DNA of 64,000 nucleotides from assembly GCF_009914755.1 (NCBI RefSeq), contig NC_060925.1; one strand, written 5' to 3'. Under the pieces are notes generated by a model that did not search any database, had not been told where the DNA came from, and was given only the letters and a program-made list of their open reading frames with translations. This stretch comes from the human T2T-CHM13v2.0 reference genome, Homo sapiens. Each line of letters begins with the position of its first letter. The first letter of the stretch is position 1. A program made the position numbers and the translations under genes. Below, piece after piece: positions 1 through 12,803 of this stretch.

Positions 1-1435
1 TTCACCAAAAGCTGGTGACTTTGCGAAAGTGATGCAGTCCTTGTTCTGGCTAGGCTATGCCATCTCGTGATCCCAAGCAGAGTCTCCAAACATGGTGGAT
101 TCTGCTGCTACTGAGAGGACACTCACCCCAGGATGCTAGCTGGGTAGTGAATGCAGAAGCAAGGCACCACAGAGAGGTTGGACACTTGGGTTGTGTGATT
201 CAGGACACACTGGATAAGTCGAAGGGTGGAGGGAAGAAAGGGGAGGAGAAGACTGAATTCTAAACAACATCTCAGAAGGCCGGAGCTCCATTAGATGGGC
301 TCTGGATTGAGCTTTTCTGCCAGGAAGTTATTCACAAAGGCCTCCACAATGGCAGGGGTGATCTTCTTCCACGTCCATCACATACTCCATCAGTGATGAC
401 ATGTCCAGGATAGTGAGCAAAGGGGCAGCCTCAGGCAGGTTGGTGTAACCTTGCAGGAAGTCTATCATATCATCCTCCCCAGATACAAAAAATGGAAGTG
501 ATGCTCCTCCTCTTTGGCTTTGCACTTGGCAATGATTTTCTCAGCTATTGGCTGAATCAGCTGCTTGGCTTCCTGGGACTCTCTGTCATCCTCAGAGTCT
601 ACAAAAAGGAGGAGGCAGGGGCCAGTTGAGCTGCAAAGTGTTGGAGTCAGAGAGCTTCAGCACGGGCTTGGGTGCCACGGGAACTCCCAGCAGTCCTCGT
701 CGTTAAGCACCTCCACTCACCCCGCCACATGATCACCTCACCCTGTGGGCCCAGCACAATGAGCATGGGGAATGCCTTGGATTCTATACAGCCAGATGGG
801 GTGCGACTTCCAGGCCTTTTCAGTATGGGGGTTAGTGAGCCAGAACCTATCACTGAAGTACTGTTTGAAGGACTCTCTGATCTGTCTTCACTGACTAAGA
901 TAATCTCAAAGTTCTGGCCTGCCTCCTTGATCTTCTAATAAGATTCCACCAGGACCTGGGTGAGGCTTTGGCAGGATGAACACCCATGTGCAGAGAAATA
1001 GGGTCCTATGTAAGGCCTTTCTGGGATGCTGCTCTCCAAGAACTGTGAGTCATTTCATAAACCTGAAAAGGTTAGGTCCCCAAGGGAATTCCATACCTTC
1101 TGGGTCATCTCAGATCACCAGCAGCCCATTCTTGCCCACAACCTTTGCAGTGGTGGCATCTACGAATATTAGCAATGGAATATTGGAAATTTGGTATTTG
1201 TTCCAAAGTTTCTGTGCTTCTCCTTGTAGGGCAGCGCCAGCCAAGTCATGTCCCACATGAAGTCCTACCACTGCCACTGGTCATCCTTGCTGCTGCTCAT
1301 CACCAGCTTCTAACCAAGCTACTCCTCCAAGAAGCCCACCATCTTGGCCTACCACAACCCCAACGCACGAGCAGGTGGGTAGGGAGGCAGCGGCGACCCC
1401 GCTTCCTCTGTCCACCTGGCCTGGACACTGCTAAT
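1..1435 (-). pseudogene. NXNP1: Processed nucleoredoxin pseudogene (probably NXNP1); former CDS 1342->291, 5' UTR to ~1435, presumed 3' UTR continuing past position 1
   Basis: Minus-strand translation gives NXN segments contiguously without introns: MVGFLEE*LG*KLV (ATG at 1342-1340), WLALPYKEKHR, YFSAHGCSSCQSLTQVLVESY*KIKEAGQNFEII, FFVSGEDDMIDFLQGYTNLPEAAPLLTILDMS and TPAIVEAFVNNFLAEKLNPEPI* (TAA at 293-291). There are multiple in-frame stops and frameshifts, and a TT|AAGA L1-endonuclease-like site at the 5' boundary (~1440). Confidence 0.93.
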
Positions 1436-1577
1436 TCTTAATTGCAACAAGGGTGCTGGTGGGCACTCTGATGCCAGGTTCAACTCCCTGTCATGGAGAG
1501 CTGTAGCTGATTTTGTATCTAATTACCTAAGAAGCAGCATGCACAAATGAGTGAGCATCACTTATTTGTCTTGGTAG

Positions 1578-3931
1578 TATATTAGTCCACTTTCACACTG
1601 CTATAAAGATACTACCTGGGACTGGGTAATTTATAAACAAAAGAGGTTTAGTTGACTCACAGTTCTGCATGGCCGGGGAGGTCTCAGCAAACTTATAATC
1701 ATGGTGGAAGGCAAAGGGGAAGCAGGCACCTTCTTCACAAGGTGGCAGGAGACAGAGTGTGCAAGGAAAACTGTCATTTTTAAAACCATCATGTCTCATG
1801 AGAACCCCCTCACTATCATGAGAACAGCATGGGGGAAACCAACCCCATGATCCAATCATCTCCTACCAGGTCCCTCCCTTGACATGTGGGAATTAAAATT
1901 CCACACGAGATTTGGGTGGGGACACAGAACCAAACCATATCATTCAGCCTCTGGCCCCTCCCAAGACACATGTCGTTTTCACATTTCAAAACACAATCAT
2001 GCCTTCCCAACAGTCCTCCAAAGTCTTCACTCATTCCAGAATTAACCCAAAAGTTCAAGTCCAGAGTTTCATTTGAGACGAGGCAAATCCCTTCTGCCTA
2101 TGAGCCTTTAAAATCAAAAACAAGTTAGTTACTTCCAAGATACAATAGGGGTACAGGCATTGGGTAAATTTTCCCCTTCTAAATGAGATAAGTTGGCCAT
2201 AGCAGAGGGATTACAAGCCCTATGCAAGCCTGAAACTTGGCAGGGCATTCATGAAATCTTAAAGCTCCAAAACAATCTCCTTGGACTCCATGCCTCACAC
2301 CCAGGGCACACTGATGCAAGGGGTGGGCTCCCAAAGCCTTGGGCAGCTCTGCTCTTGTAGCTCTGCAAGGTATGACTCCTGCGGCTGCTTTCAAGAGCTG
2401 GTGTTGAGTCCTATGACTTTTCCATGTGCACAGTGCAAGCTGTTGGTGGACTTACCATTCAGGGGTCTGAAGGATGGCAGCCTTCTTCTCAGAGATCCAC
2501 TAGGCAGCACCTCAGTGGCCACTCTGTGTGGGAGCTCCAACCCCACATTTCCCCTCTGAATTGCCCTAGTAGAGGTTCTCCATGAGGGTTCCGCCCCTTC
2601 AGCAGAAAACTGCCTGGACATCCAGGTGTTTCCATACATCCTCTGAAATCTAGGCGGAGGCTTCCAAAGCTCAACTATTATCTTCTGTGCACCCACAGGC
2701 CCAACACCACCTGGAAGCTGCCAAGGTTTGGGGCTTGCACCCTCTGAAGCCACAGCCCAAGCTGCATCTTGGCTCATTTTAGCCATGGCTGGAGCTGGAG
2801 TGGCTGGGACACAGGGCTCCAAGTCCCAAAGCTGCACAGAGCAGCAGGGCCCTGGGCCTGACCCATGAAGCCATTTTTCTCTCCCAGGCCTCCATACGTG
2901 TGATGGGAGGGGCTGCCATGAAGGTGTTTGACATGCTCCACAGACATTTCCCCATTGTCTTGGCTTTTAATAGTCAGCTCCTCATTACTTATACAAATTT
3001 CTGTAGCCAGCTTGAAATCCTCCTCAGAAAATGGGTTTTTCTTTTCCACCACATAATCAGCCTGCAAATTTTCCAAACCCTTATGCTCTACTTCCCTTTT
3101 AAACATAAATTCCAATTTCAAACCATGTCTTTATGAATGCATATAACTGAATGCTTTCAGAATAAGCCAGGTTACCTCTTGAATGCTTTGCTGCTTAGAA
3201 AGATCTTCCACCAGATACTCTAAATCATCTCTCTCAAATTCAAGGTTCCACAGAGCCCTAGGGCAGGGGCAAAATGCCACCAGTCTTTTCGCTAAAGCAT
3301 AGCATGAGTGGCCTTTACCCCAGCTCCCAATAAGTTCCTTACCTCCATCTGAGACCACTTCACCCTGGAATTCATTGTCCATATCACTGTCAGCATTTTA
3401 GTCAATACCATTCAACAAGTCTCTAGGAAGTTCCAAACTTTCCCACATCTTCCTGTCTTCTTCTGAGCCCTCCAAAGTGTTTCAACCACTCTCTGTTACC
3501 CAGTTCCAAACTCACATCCACATTTTTAGGTTATCTTTATAGCAGTATCCAACTTCTGGTACCAATTATCTGTATTAGTCCATTTCACACTGCTATAATG
3601 TTACCTGAAACTAGGAAATTTATAAACAAAAAATGTTTAATTGACTCACAGTTCCACATGGCTAGGGAGGCTTCATCAAACTTACAATCATGGCGGAAGG
3701 AGAAGGGGAAGCAGGCACCTTCTTCACAAGGTGGCAGGAGAGAGAACATGCCAGGGAAACTACCACTTTTAAAACCATCAGATCTTGTGAGAATTCCCTC
3801 ACTATCATGAGAACAGCATAAAGGAAACTGCCCCCATGATCCAATCATCTCCTACCAGGTCCCTCTCTTGACATGTGGGGTTTAAAATTCCACATGAAAT
3901 TTGGGTGGGGAAACAGAGCCAAACCATGCCA
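1578..3931 (-). mobile_element. Full-length THE1D-type MaLR (ERVL-MaLR) element: 5' LTR 3571-3931, internal 1943-3570, 3' LTR 1578-1942
   Basis: Two ~360-bp direct LTRs with THE1 termini (TGTATTAGTCC...CCATATCA on +). The internal region carries THE1-int ORF remnants (MDNEFQGEVVSDGGKELIGSW...). 5-bp TSD ggtag (1573-1577) / gttag (3932-3936). Confidence 0.92.
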
Positions 3932-3966
3932 GTTAGTAAGCATTCTAGGTTAATTGAGGAAAGGAT

Positions 3967-4008
3967 AGCTTAACATGGTTTTAACCCAGCTTAACATGGT
4001 TTTAACCC
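3967..4008. repeat. Perfect 21-bp tandem duplication (AGCTTAACATGGTTTTAACCC)x2
   Basis: Read directly from the sequence. Confidence 0.95.
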
Positions 4009-4051
4009 TGTACCTTGCAAAAGAAAAACCTTGAGATTTGTACTCTTGGAC

Positions 4052-4263
4052 CAGGGTTTCTCGACTGTGGCATTATTGTCATTTTGGGCCAGATAGTTTT
4101 TCTCTTGTGAAGGGTTGTCCTGTGTGTTATATGAAGTCTAGAAGTATCCAAAGTCTCGACTCAGATGATGCCAATTATAGCTATACATTGAGACAACCAA
4201 AAATGTCTCTGGACATTACCAAGTGTCCCATATAAGCAAAATTGCCCCTTTGGAGAAGCAGTC
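4052..4263 (-). mobile_element. MER20 hAT-Charlie non-autonomous DNA transposon
   Basis: CAGGGTTTCTC terminus; GACAACCAAAAATGTCTCTGGACATTACCAAGTGTCCC and GCAAAATTGCCCC match the reverse complement of the recalled MER20 consensus. Confidence 0.8.
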
Positions 4264-7171
4264 CCCTAGATGTATCTTATCTTATAAGAACTTTTACAAT
4301 AGCTGTGAATGGCTTCTTGTTATCCTCCCAGATATCACCATTAATTAGACTTTTTGTCTGTTTCCAAATTGCTCCACACTTTCCCCGAAGTATCAGGTAC
4401 TCTGTGTATCATTAAAGATATTATTCTTATAATTAAATACCAAGAACTTATATTGAATTGGTTTAATAAAGACTACTAGAGTTCTCTGCTTGTTACAATC
4501 TCTTTTTCCTAAAGGTTTCCAAAATTCTGGTTTATCTTAGCCTGATAATAAGTTAGCATTTAACTGCTCAGCTGTTGGGCATTCTCTTTTATAGCCAGGG
4601 CTCTCTAGAGAATTGAGTTGTTCACAGAAAATACCAAAGGGACATCTGTAGTATTCTCTTCTCTGCTTTGTCTCTGCCTTGACCCAAATTCTCTTCTTGC
4701 ATCAGGTTCGAACTACAGTAATTGGAGGCCCAAAGAAGGCTAGTTTATCCTAATGATATAAAAATAGTTACTAACTTACACGTACAGTGTTCTATGAATG
4801 GATTTATGCATATTCTTTTAAAAACATGTACGGAGCTTTATATACAAAAACTGGGAAGAAGACAAACTGGAATTTCCATTGTCCTTCCTTCCCAACTTTG
4901 CATTCTAATATTAGTTTAAATTTGATCCACTTTCATCTTTACTTGGAAAGTATGAATTTAAAAAATAGAGCTTTCCAATTTTCCTTTCAAGATATGCCAC
5001 GTACTTAAACGCTCTTCAGGCTTCTAATAGCAGAAAATATCCATTATGTTTTGTTTGCGACAATCAGGGTGGAGAAAATAATGTTTTGGCTCTTCTGAGG
5101 AAGAAAGGGCTTCTGGAAAAATGCTAGCAAGTGTTTAAATAATTATAATCACACACATAAAATTAAGTATTCTTAGAAATGCATTATGGTGCTTTTTTTT
5201 TTTACTGGGTAGGGTAAATAAGGAACAGATTTTTATTTTTATTTTTTTGGTTTTATTAGGGACATTTTATAAATCACAATGCAGTGAAGTTCACCACATG
5301 AGTCGAGCTGGCCCACTGCCACTACTCAGCTCTGTAAAAGCACCAGCTCTCCTTTGAATTCCGAGAACAGCTCTTGGCCTGTGAGAACATCTGGGGCTCA
5401 AAGTTTTGGAAAGAAACAGTTCAGGTCCCTTTAGAAGGGCTCTCCCTATGGTGGGAACCGGAGTGTGCACACACTTAAAAAGGATTTTGTAGTACCATTG
5501 GCCAGAGGCATTGGCTTAGAGCTCTAGCACCAGGGAAGATCAATGTGAGACCAAAACAGATCCCCAAGAAGCTTCATGAAGTCATTCAGTGGGATTCAGG
5601 GGCCCAGAGTATGTTTTGTATATCTTCTGTATTCTTTTTCTATGTGTTTTCTTAGGGAAAATGAGTGTATTACGGCTGATGGGTCTTGCATTCTCCTAAA
5701 ATAGTGATGAAGAAAGGGAGACAGTGTGAAAAAGGCAGGGGCTTAAGGGTATATTCAGGGGAGCCCAAGCAAAGCTGATTCCACATGTAAAGGGCTGCCT
5801 CATGAATTCTGACAGTGATTTTCAAAGCACAGAATGTAGACATTAACAGGTGAGTAGTCTTGTCTAACAGTTATATGGGGGAAAGCCACTCATAAACGTA
5901 GAACTGGTAGTTGTCTAATCTACCAGAGGAAAGCTCCCTTAACTGCACCCCTGTCTATTCACTTGGGGGGCTCTGCCCCATCAGCTGCCAATAATGGCAT
6001 GTCCTGTTCTTTGTGGAGGGGGGAGAAACAGGAAAAGGTGGGTAGAGAGAGGTGTACTCACACATAGGCATGTGTGTATTTATCTTCAGCAAGAATATTT
6101 TCTTCCTGACTCATTCAGGATGCTTTAAGATGAAGAGAGATGGTATTCATTAAACATAATTACCTGAATGATTTTAATTACAAATCATTAAGGAGAGATA
6201 TAGCCTTGTATTTTCTTAGAAAATGGAGCACTTAAGAAATCATGTTGCCCCTTTCTCTGATCTTTTGGCTTTACAGATGCATGTTAGGGAGTGTAATTTG
6301 GATAAAGCTGCGGGAGCTCTGAGGTATATAAAATTAAATTACACTGCCAACAAAATGAGATTTCTTTGGCTCACCCTCGTCCTCTCTTTTGAGATTCAAA
6401 GGCCCTGCCAAGTGCCCCGCCAAGTGCCCCAAGATGATTAATTCTGAGAGCCCCCACGTGGCATAGGCTACTAACCTTTCCTTTTGAATCCAACATTGTT
6501 CACTATCTTTGCTGCCACCTTGCTTTATGGGTCCAAAGCCACCTTGTTGTGACAGTGCCTTAGTGCAATATTCTCAATGACATTGCTGCTGTGGGTCTGA
6601 CTGGGTGAGTACTGAGTATAACTGCAGTCTCTAGAACTCAGAAAATGTCAAAAGTGAGCTGTTATAAGCCCTAAAATGTGGTGCATCTCCCTTTCCCTTT
6701 TCACACTGTACAAAAGGGCTGCGTGGCATTGCGAATAATTCATAAAGAGGTATTTTCATTCCACTTAACATTCATTTCTGCCTACTACTCTATGGGGCTT
6801 TTTTGGGTGACAAACAAGATAACAGACATTGTACTCATTGCTTGCTGTAGACTCAGTCTCCCTTTGAGCTACTTTTGAGGCACCTTTTCTCTGGATAAGT
6901 CTTCCTCAGGGAATGCTTAGGTTCCTTATGCAAATGAACTTATGGTAGGCTACTTCCCAGGCATCCAGACAGATTAAGGTAACAGAGTTTGGGTTCAAGC
7001 CCAGATCCCAATTCCTATATATTAGTTGTAATTTGAGGATATTTTAATATATTCTATTTGAAAATAAAATCAAGGGAAAAAATGGGACAGCAATCTGTAT
7101 ATGCGAAATCTGTATATTCTACAATAAGAGAACAGGACAAGCCAAGATGAACAATCACCTAACATTTCAAT

Positions 7172-7211
7172 TTTGTTTGGTTTGGTTTGGTTTGGTTTTT
7201 TGGTTTGTTTT
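7172..7211. repeat. (GTTTG)n microsatellite
   Basis: ttttgtttggtttggtttggtttggtttttttggtttgtttt. Confidence 0.85.
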
Positions 7212-7583
7212 CAGTCAGTCTTAATTAAGGTATATATTCCTTCCTAATGAATATTTATTGGAAATGTAATGTTTTGTTTTCTGCAAAATAACAGACTAAT
7301 TATTAAGTAGATATGTTTGAAATTCCTGGCTGACTAAATAAACGTATCTACATTTCTTTCTTTCAAATTAGCTTAATGTGAGTCATTAAAGACCAAGTGG
7401 GTCCAGGAGTTCATTGGCATTCTGATATATTATTGTATTCATTATATAGCTGGATATATAAATTTCAAGATCTGTAGAAAATACTGGCTGGTTTATCTAA
7501 CATTCCTTCATATAGAGAACAACCATTTATATTTGTCCATAGAGGACAAGATCAATTGAGTTTAAAATGAAGACACTTTATCT

Positions 7584-7704
7584 TTCAGTAACTTCTGATC
7601 CTTCAATAACTTCTGATTCAGTAACTTCAAATCTTTTAGTAACTTTTGAATCACCAATGAGTAAGTCAGGTTTAGCTGAGTTTTACAGGTTTAGCTGAGT
7701 TTTA
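7584..7704. repeat. Four degenerate TTCAGTAACTTCTGA units followed by a perfect 19-bp tandem duplication (CAGGTTTAGCTGAGTTTTA)x2
   Basis: Units start at 7584, 7602, 7617 and 7635; the duplication is 7667-7685/7686-7704. Confidence 0.85.
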
Positions 7705-8450
7705 GTGTGTTTTATTGCAGTCTGCTGAAATTGGCTATCCATGTCCATTATATACAGTAACTGTGCATTAAGTAACATAGTTGAATAACACACTCACTAC
7801 CCATAAAATATGATAGAAACTTTCCTGTAGCCTCCTTGTCCTATCTCAAGTGTTCTCATGGACTGGGGTATGGATATGTTATCCTTCTTGGTCACTGAGC
7901 CACATAGTGAATGACAGATCTATTCACCTGGCTGTTACTAACTGCTTACGAGTCCATTTATGAAATTTAGGCCGTCAGTAACAGCAGCCAGAAGTCCTTG
8001 AACAAGTAGATAATAAAATGCTTGCCTGCCAAGATGATTATAATACAACTTAAGATTGACTTTCTTTGGAGCTGCCAATGACATTTCTACTGGGCTCTTC
8101 CCATCCTGGAAAGAACAACAGAAGCATGTGTATGCATGTTATCACCTTCCAGTCACCTCCAACCCTTGCAAAAATATCAAAAGACTTCCCAGTCTTGGGG
8201 AAATCTGACAAGGGACAGAATTATGAGAGTCATCTTCTCTGTGTTCATCACATTTGAGTTATTTTACAAGCCAAAACCTAAGAGCATTTTCCATGTCTGT
8301 AGCGCTATTCACAGGAGGCAGGGTGGGAGCACCAAATCCCAACCCTGTGCTGATTGATTGGTGTGAGCCCTGGATACAGGACAACGGGAGAGACCTGAGA
8401 CCTTCCCATATCATACTAAGTCAAAATGCTGATACAACCTTCAGGAATTC

Positions 8451-8826
<376 letters not shown>

Positions 8827-10903
8827 TCAAAAGGAAACTAATATGAATTAAAAAAAACTAACAAAGAATGGTAGCAGGGAAATCTGTGAGCTACATCATA
8901 ACCCCTGGCAGCAAGCATGCACCAACTCCACTTCCTGGCCATCATTCACGCCTGATGTTCTTGGAAATGTGTGTTTTGCCCCTCCATGCTTAACAAAACA
9001 ACAATCTAAACCCCAAACCGAAGGTTTGCTTTATAATTTTTCAACAAATTTTGTTCTTGGAAAAAATACCAGTGATAAAGTACCAACACAATGTGCTCTT
9101 GTCATTTGCTTTTCAACATTGAAAGAGAGAGTGGGCTATTGACGTTTGCTGTTTTGTAATCAGAAAATGCTTAGGGGAAAAAAATCTGCAAACTCTTGGT
9201 CAGCACAGCATTTTGGAAATGAAGCAGTTAATCTCATTTTATTCCTTTCATTGTTAGTGGAACAAGTTAGGACTTAATCAACTTGCTTTTCAAATGTAAC
9301 CCTTTTTAATGAAACATGAGGTTACAAAGTTCTCATTCTTCAAATCAACCCAAGCTGAAAAAAAGTTTTCAGGTCAGTTAACACATGCTTCCTATCCACA
9401 CCATGACATTCTGTGGGGGGAGAGGAGGAGTTGTGCAAAGAAGGGATTTAGCCATTACTACTGCTCAAATGTCCGAAAATTTGCAATATAGCCAGCTGAT
9501 GGACTATTTGGCTTTCACGTATACCCCTGTTACAGGTACAAAAAGAAAGAATTTTGAAACATTTATACTTGTTCTCTCATACTACAAACATTAAATGATC
9601 CCAACACAAATGTATGAGGAAAGACACTGCAGATTCCACGCTTTCCTCCTCTATAGACCTGCAGCGTTTCTCACTGGTTCAGAGCACATGTGGTAAGGCC
9701 AGGTTGTCCTCAATACTTGCTCCCTACATTGAACCTTTCTTCAATTCTATATACAACTCTTAGCAAGTATTGATGTTGCCACCATGACTGTAGGATTATC
9801 CTGGAAAAATCTGGGCTCTGATTCCCAAAGGCTCAATTCCCATTCATGTACGTGGAAGTGGATGGGCAATGTCAAAAAGAGGAATGATTTCAAATGCAAA
9901 AGGAATTATTTCCTTTTCAGCAGAAAACATGAAAATATTTCTTTCTCTTTCTAACACTTGCACCTATGCTACTTCAGATGAAATTAGACTTAAATTTTGT
10001 CTGCCTCCTAATCATGTAGTGAGAGATCCATCGTGATAAGTGAAGTCTTCCCAGACTATGATGATAGGAGAGCCAAGAAATGTTGCCCTAGTATCTCAAA
10101 TACTCTTCCACTCTAATCAAAAGTTTCCAGAATATCTCATAATGCACCATGAGGCTTGACAAATAATTTTAGAAAGAATTGGAGATTCTTACACATTGGT
10201 CAGAAGAGGGACTGGCTCTGCAAAGGTTCTTAACCCATTTGCCCTTTTTTTTTTATTAATGGAAGATGTTGCGTATATATTATTTATATGTTACTGCATA
10301 AGTTTAAGTTTACATTACACAAACAAATCAGGACCTGGAGCATCCTGTTACCTAGGGTTGCTTCACAGGAACCGGTAGTTCTAAGCCAGAATTGTTTTCA
10401 CTTTGAAGGCGATTCTGCTCAGGGCTGAAGCCACTGCGTAAACAAACTGACGGTTTGAAAAGAAACACCCCAGTTTTAATTCCATTTGGAACTAAGTTTA
10501 GATAATAATTTATCTTGTAACAGAATTACATTTTTAAAAAGATGTTTATAATTTTAACCATTAGTATTTTTGTACATAACAGACAGCCAAAACTGTGTCA
10601 ACTTCAAGTACTTTTCTTCTGCAGCAAAGAAAGTGACTGAGAGCTACTCTCTCTGTAACTATGGAGAGTTACTCCATACAGGTTACAAAGACCAGGACAA
10701 TTGAAGAGTCCCAGGAGGGGCCACTCTTGATGGTCCCTTTTCTTATTTTCTTTTCTATCATAATTAAATACAGAGGCCATGGGTCTCTGGGGGGCTATCT
10801 CCAACTTCTGTCCATGCAAATAGCCCCCAATCAGAAGAAGACTTCCATGCATTCCTGCTAACACATCTCAGAGGGTCCAGAATGGAACACATATTTCACA
10901 CAC

Positions 10904-11055
10904 AGAGTGCTTCTCAAACATTAAAGCACATCTGGACCACCTGGGGATCTTGTTTTACAAAGATTCTGATTCAAGAGATCAGGACAGGGACTGAGATTCT
11001 ACATTTTCAACATGCTCTTGGGCAATGCTTCTGGTCCTCTGACCCTACTCTGAGA
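10904..11055. mobile_element. MER5A-like hAT DNA transposon
   Basis: CACCTGGGGATCTTGTT...AGATTCTGATTCA...GAGATTCTACATTTTCAACATGCTC pattern of MER5A. Confidence 0.7.
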
Positions 11056-11799
11056 TCTGAGCATAAAGAGCAATAACTTTGGGGTAGCCACCTGGAGTTT
11101 TATGTGGAAAAGAATATTCTGAAGCTAAATTCTCGCTTTTTGGGAAAGAATGATGTCATCTATGAGTGAACTTTGCCTTGGTGATGGTGGCAGTAGCAAT
11201 AATGTCAGGGTTTTTTTTTTACCACTCCTAGACAGTCATGACAGAATCTCATCACCATGCTTTAGGAGATAGAGAGTCCTGGAGTTTATGTTATTCTCTT
11301 ATTTCCAGAAGAACTTAGAATTCCTGCATACTGATGAGATTATTATCTGGTATAATTATGATGGTACAATTATGAAGAATCTTTTGCAGATCAAGTTTCA
11401 ACAAAAAGGTTAAGTACAGTAGGTAAGGTCACATAGAAAATCAAGAATACATTTTAGTTTTCCTGTCTTCTAAAATATTTCCATGATTAAATTAGCCTGC
11501 AACTCATTTTTTGGTATCAATTTGATGTGAAATACGAGCAGAAAATAGATATGAATTGACTTATTCTTAAAAACCCAGTGCTTGAAAATTCATTGTTTTT
11601 TGTTTCAAAGGATAGATTAAGTGGAAATTATTTACATTTATAAATATATCTTTATAGTAAATTCAGCAAATATATTTTAAAATAAAATTAGTTTTGTTGA
11701 ATTGTCCACATATTTTTAATGAAATATATTATACTTATAGATCCATTGGGGTATAACTACAATAATAATATTGGTGAAAATTGGATGGATATATTATTG

Positions 11800-12575
11800 A
11801 ATGGAAAGAGCATTGGAATGAAAGTTAGAAAAACTGGATTTGAATTTCTGCACTGCCATTATCTAATTGCATGAACTTGGACAAGATGCAGATGCTTCTA
11901 GACTTATAGTGGGGTTATGTCTTCATAAACTCACGGTAAGTTGAAGATGCCATAAGTTGAAAATACATTTAATACACCTAACCTACCCAGTATTATAGCT
12001 AAGCCTAGCCTATATGAAACGTACTTAGAACACTTACAGTAGTCTATAATTGGGCAAAATCATCTAATATAAGGCCTATTTTATAAACAAGTGTGGAATG
12101 CTGTATGCAGATGAGCATTTTGTAGACATAATGGGATGTGAAAACACAAAACAGGATATCTAAAAAACACTGGCAACACCGTACACTGTAAAATCTAGGT
12201 TTTTTACCCTTGTGATCACGTGGCTGACCAGGAACTGTTCATTGTCACTGCCCAGCTTTGCAAGCAGGTGTTATACCACATATAGCTAGCCTGGGAAAAT
12301 ATCACAATTCAAAAATTAAAGTGTAGTGTTTATTGAATGTGTATCACTTTTACACCATCATAAAGTTGAACAATCCTACGTTAAACCATTGTAAGTTGGT
12401 GACCATCTGTTCTGTGTGTGTCTGTGTGTGTGTGTGTGTGTGTATTCATGCATATTCATGCACACGCTTGTGCATATGAAGAATAATTTGCCCTCTGTAT
12501 ATCACTGAGCTATAATGAGGGTCAAATGGGGTGATGTGAAAGGCTCTATAAGTGGAAAATAGCTAAATTATTATT
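11800..12575 (+). mobile_element. MIR split by a later MER47/Tigger5 insertion (MIR pieces ~11800-11888 and ~12480-12575)
   Basis: AAAACTGGATTTGAATTTCTGCACTGCCA...GAACTTGGACAAG 5' half, with the MIR 3' half after the transposon. Confidence 0.6.
11889..12409 (+). mobile_element. MER47/Tigger5-family Tc1/mariner DNA transposon
   Basis: Terminal inverted repeats CAGATGCTTCTAGACTTA... / ...TAAGTTGGTGACCATCTG; internal TAATACACCTAACCTACC and TTGGGCAAAATCATCTAA match the recalled MER47 consensus. Confidence 0.85.
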
Positions 12576-12743
12576 TTTATAATAAAAACCTTAATGTTAA
12601 CCCATATGTGATAGCATAAAGCATATAACAATATTTGTGTCTTGTGTTAGTTGATACAGGGAGTGTATAATGTCATTAACATAGTTGTACTACCAGGCTC
12701 TGTTAATTAAGGATTGTTGGCAATTTTGTCAATAATTTTATAA

Positions 12744-12747
<4 letters not shown>

Positions 12748-12794
<47 letters not shown>

Positions 12795-12803
12795 GAGAGA
12801 GAG
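12748..12803. repeat. (TG)~21 followed by (GA)n compound microsatellite
   Basis: Read directly from the sequence. Confidence 0.95.

Noticed and set aside
672-1441. Plus-strand ORFs of 88-98 aa
   Set aside because: They are antisense shadows of the GC-rich NXN pseudogene with no independent support.
1593-3848. Many overlapping 60-148 aa ORFs
   Set aside because: All lie within the THE1D LTRs or internal region; they are repeat-derived, not host genes.
7584-7704. Short spaced repeats as a CRISPR-like array
   Set aside because: Units are nearly contiguous with no unique spacers, in mammalian DNA without cas genes.
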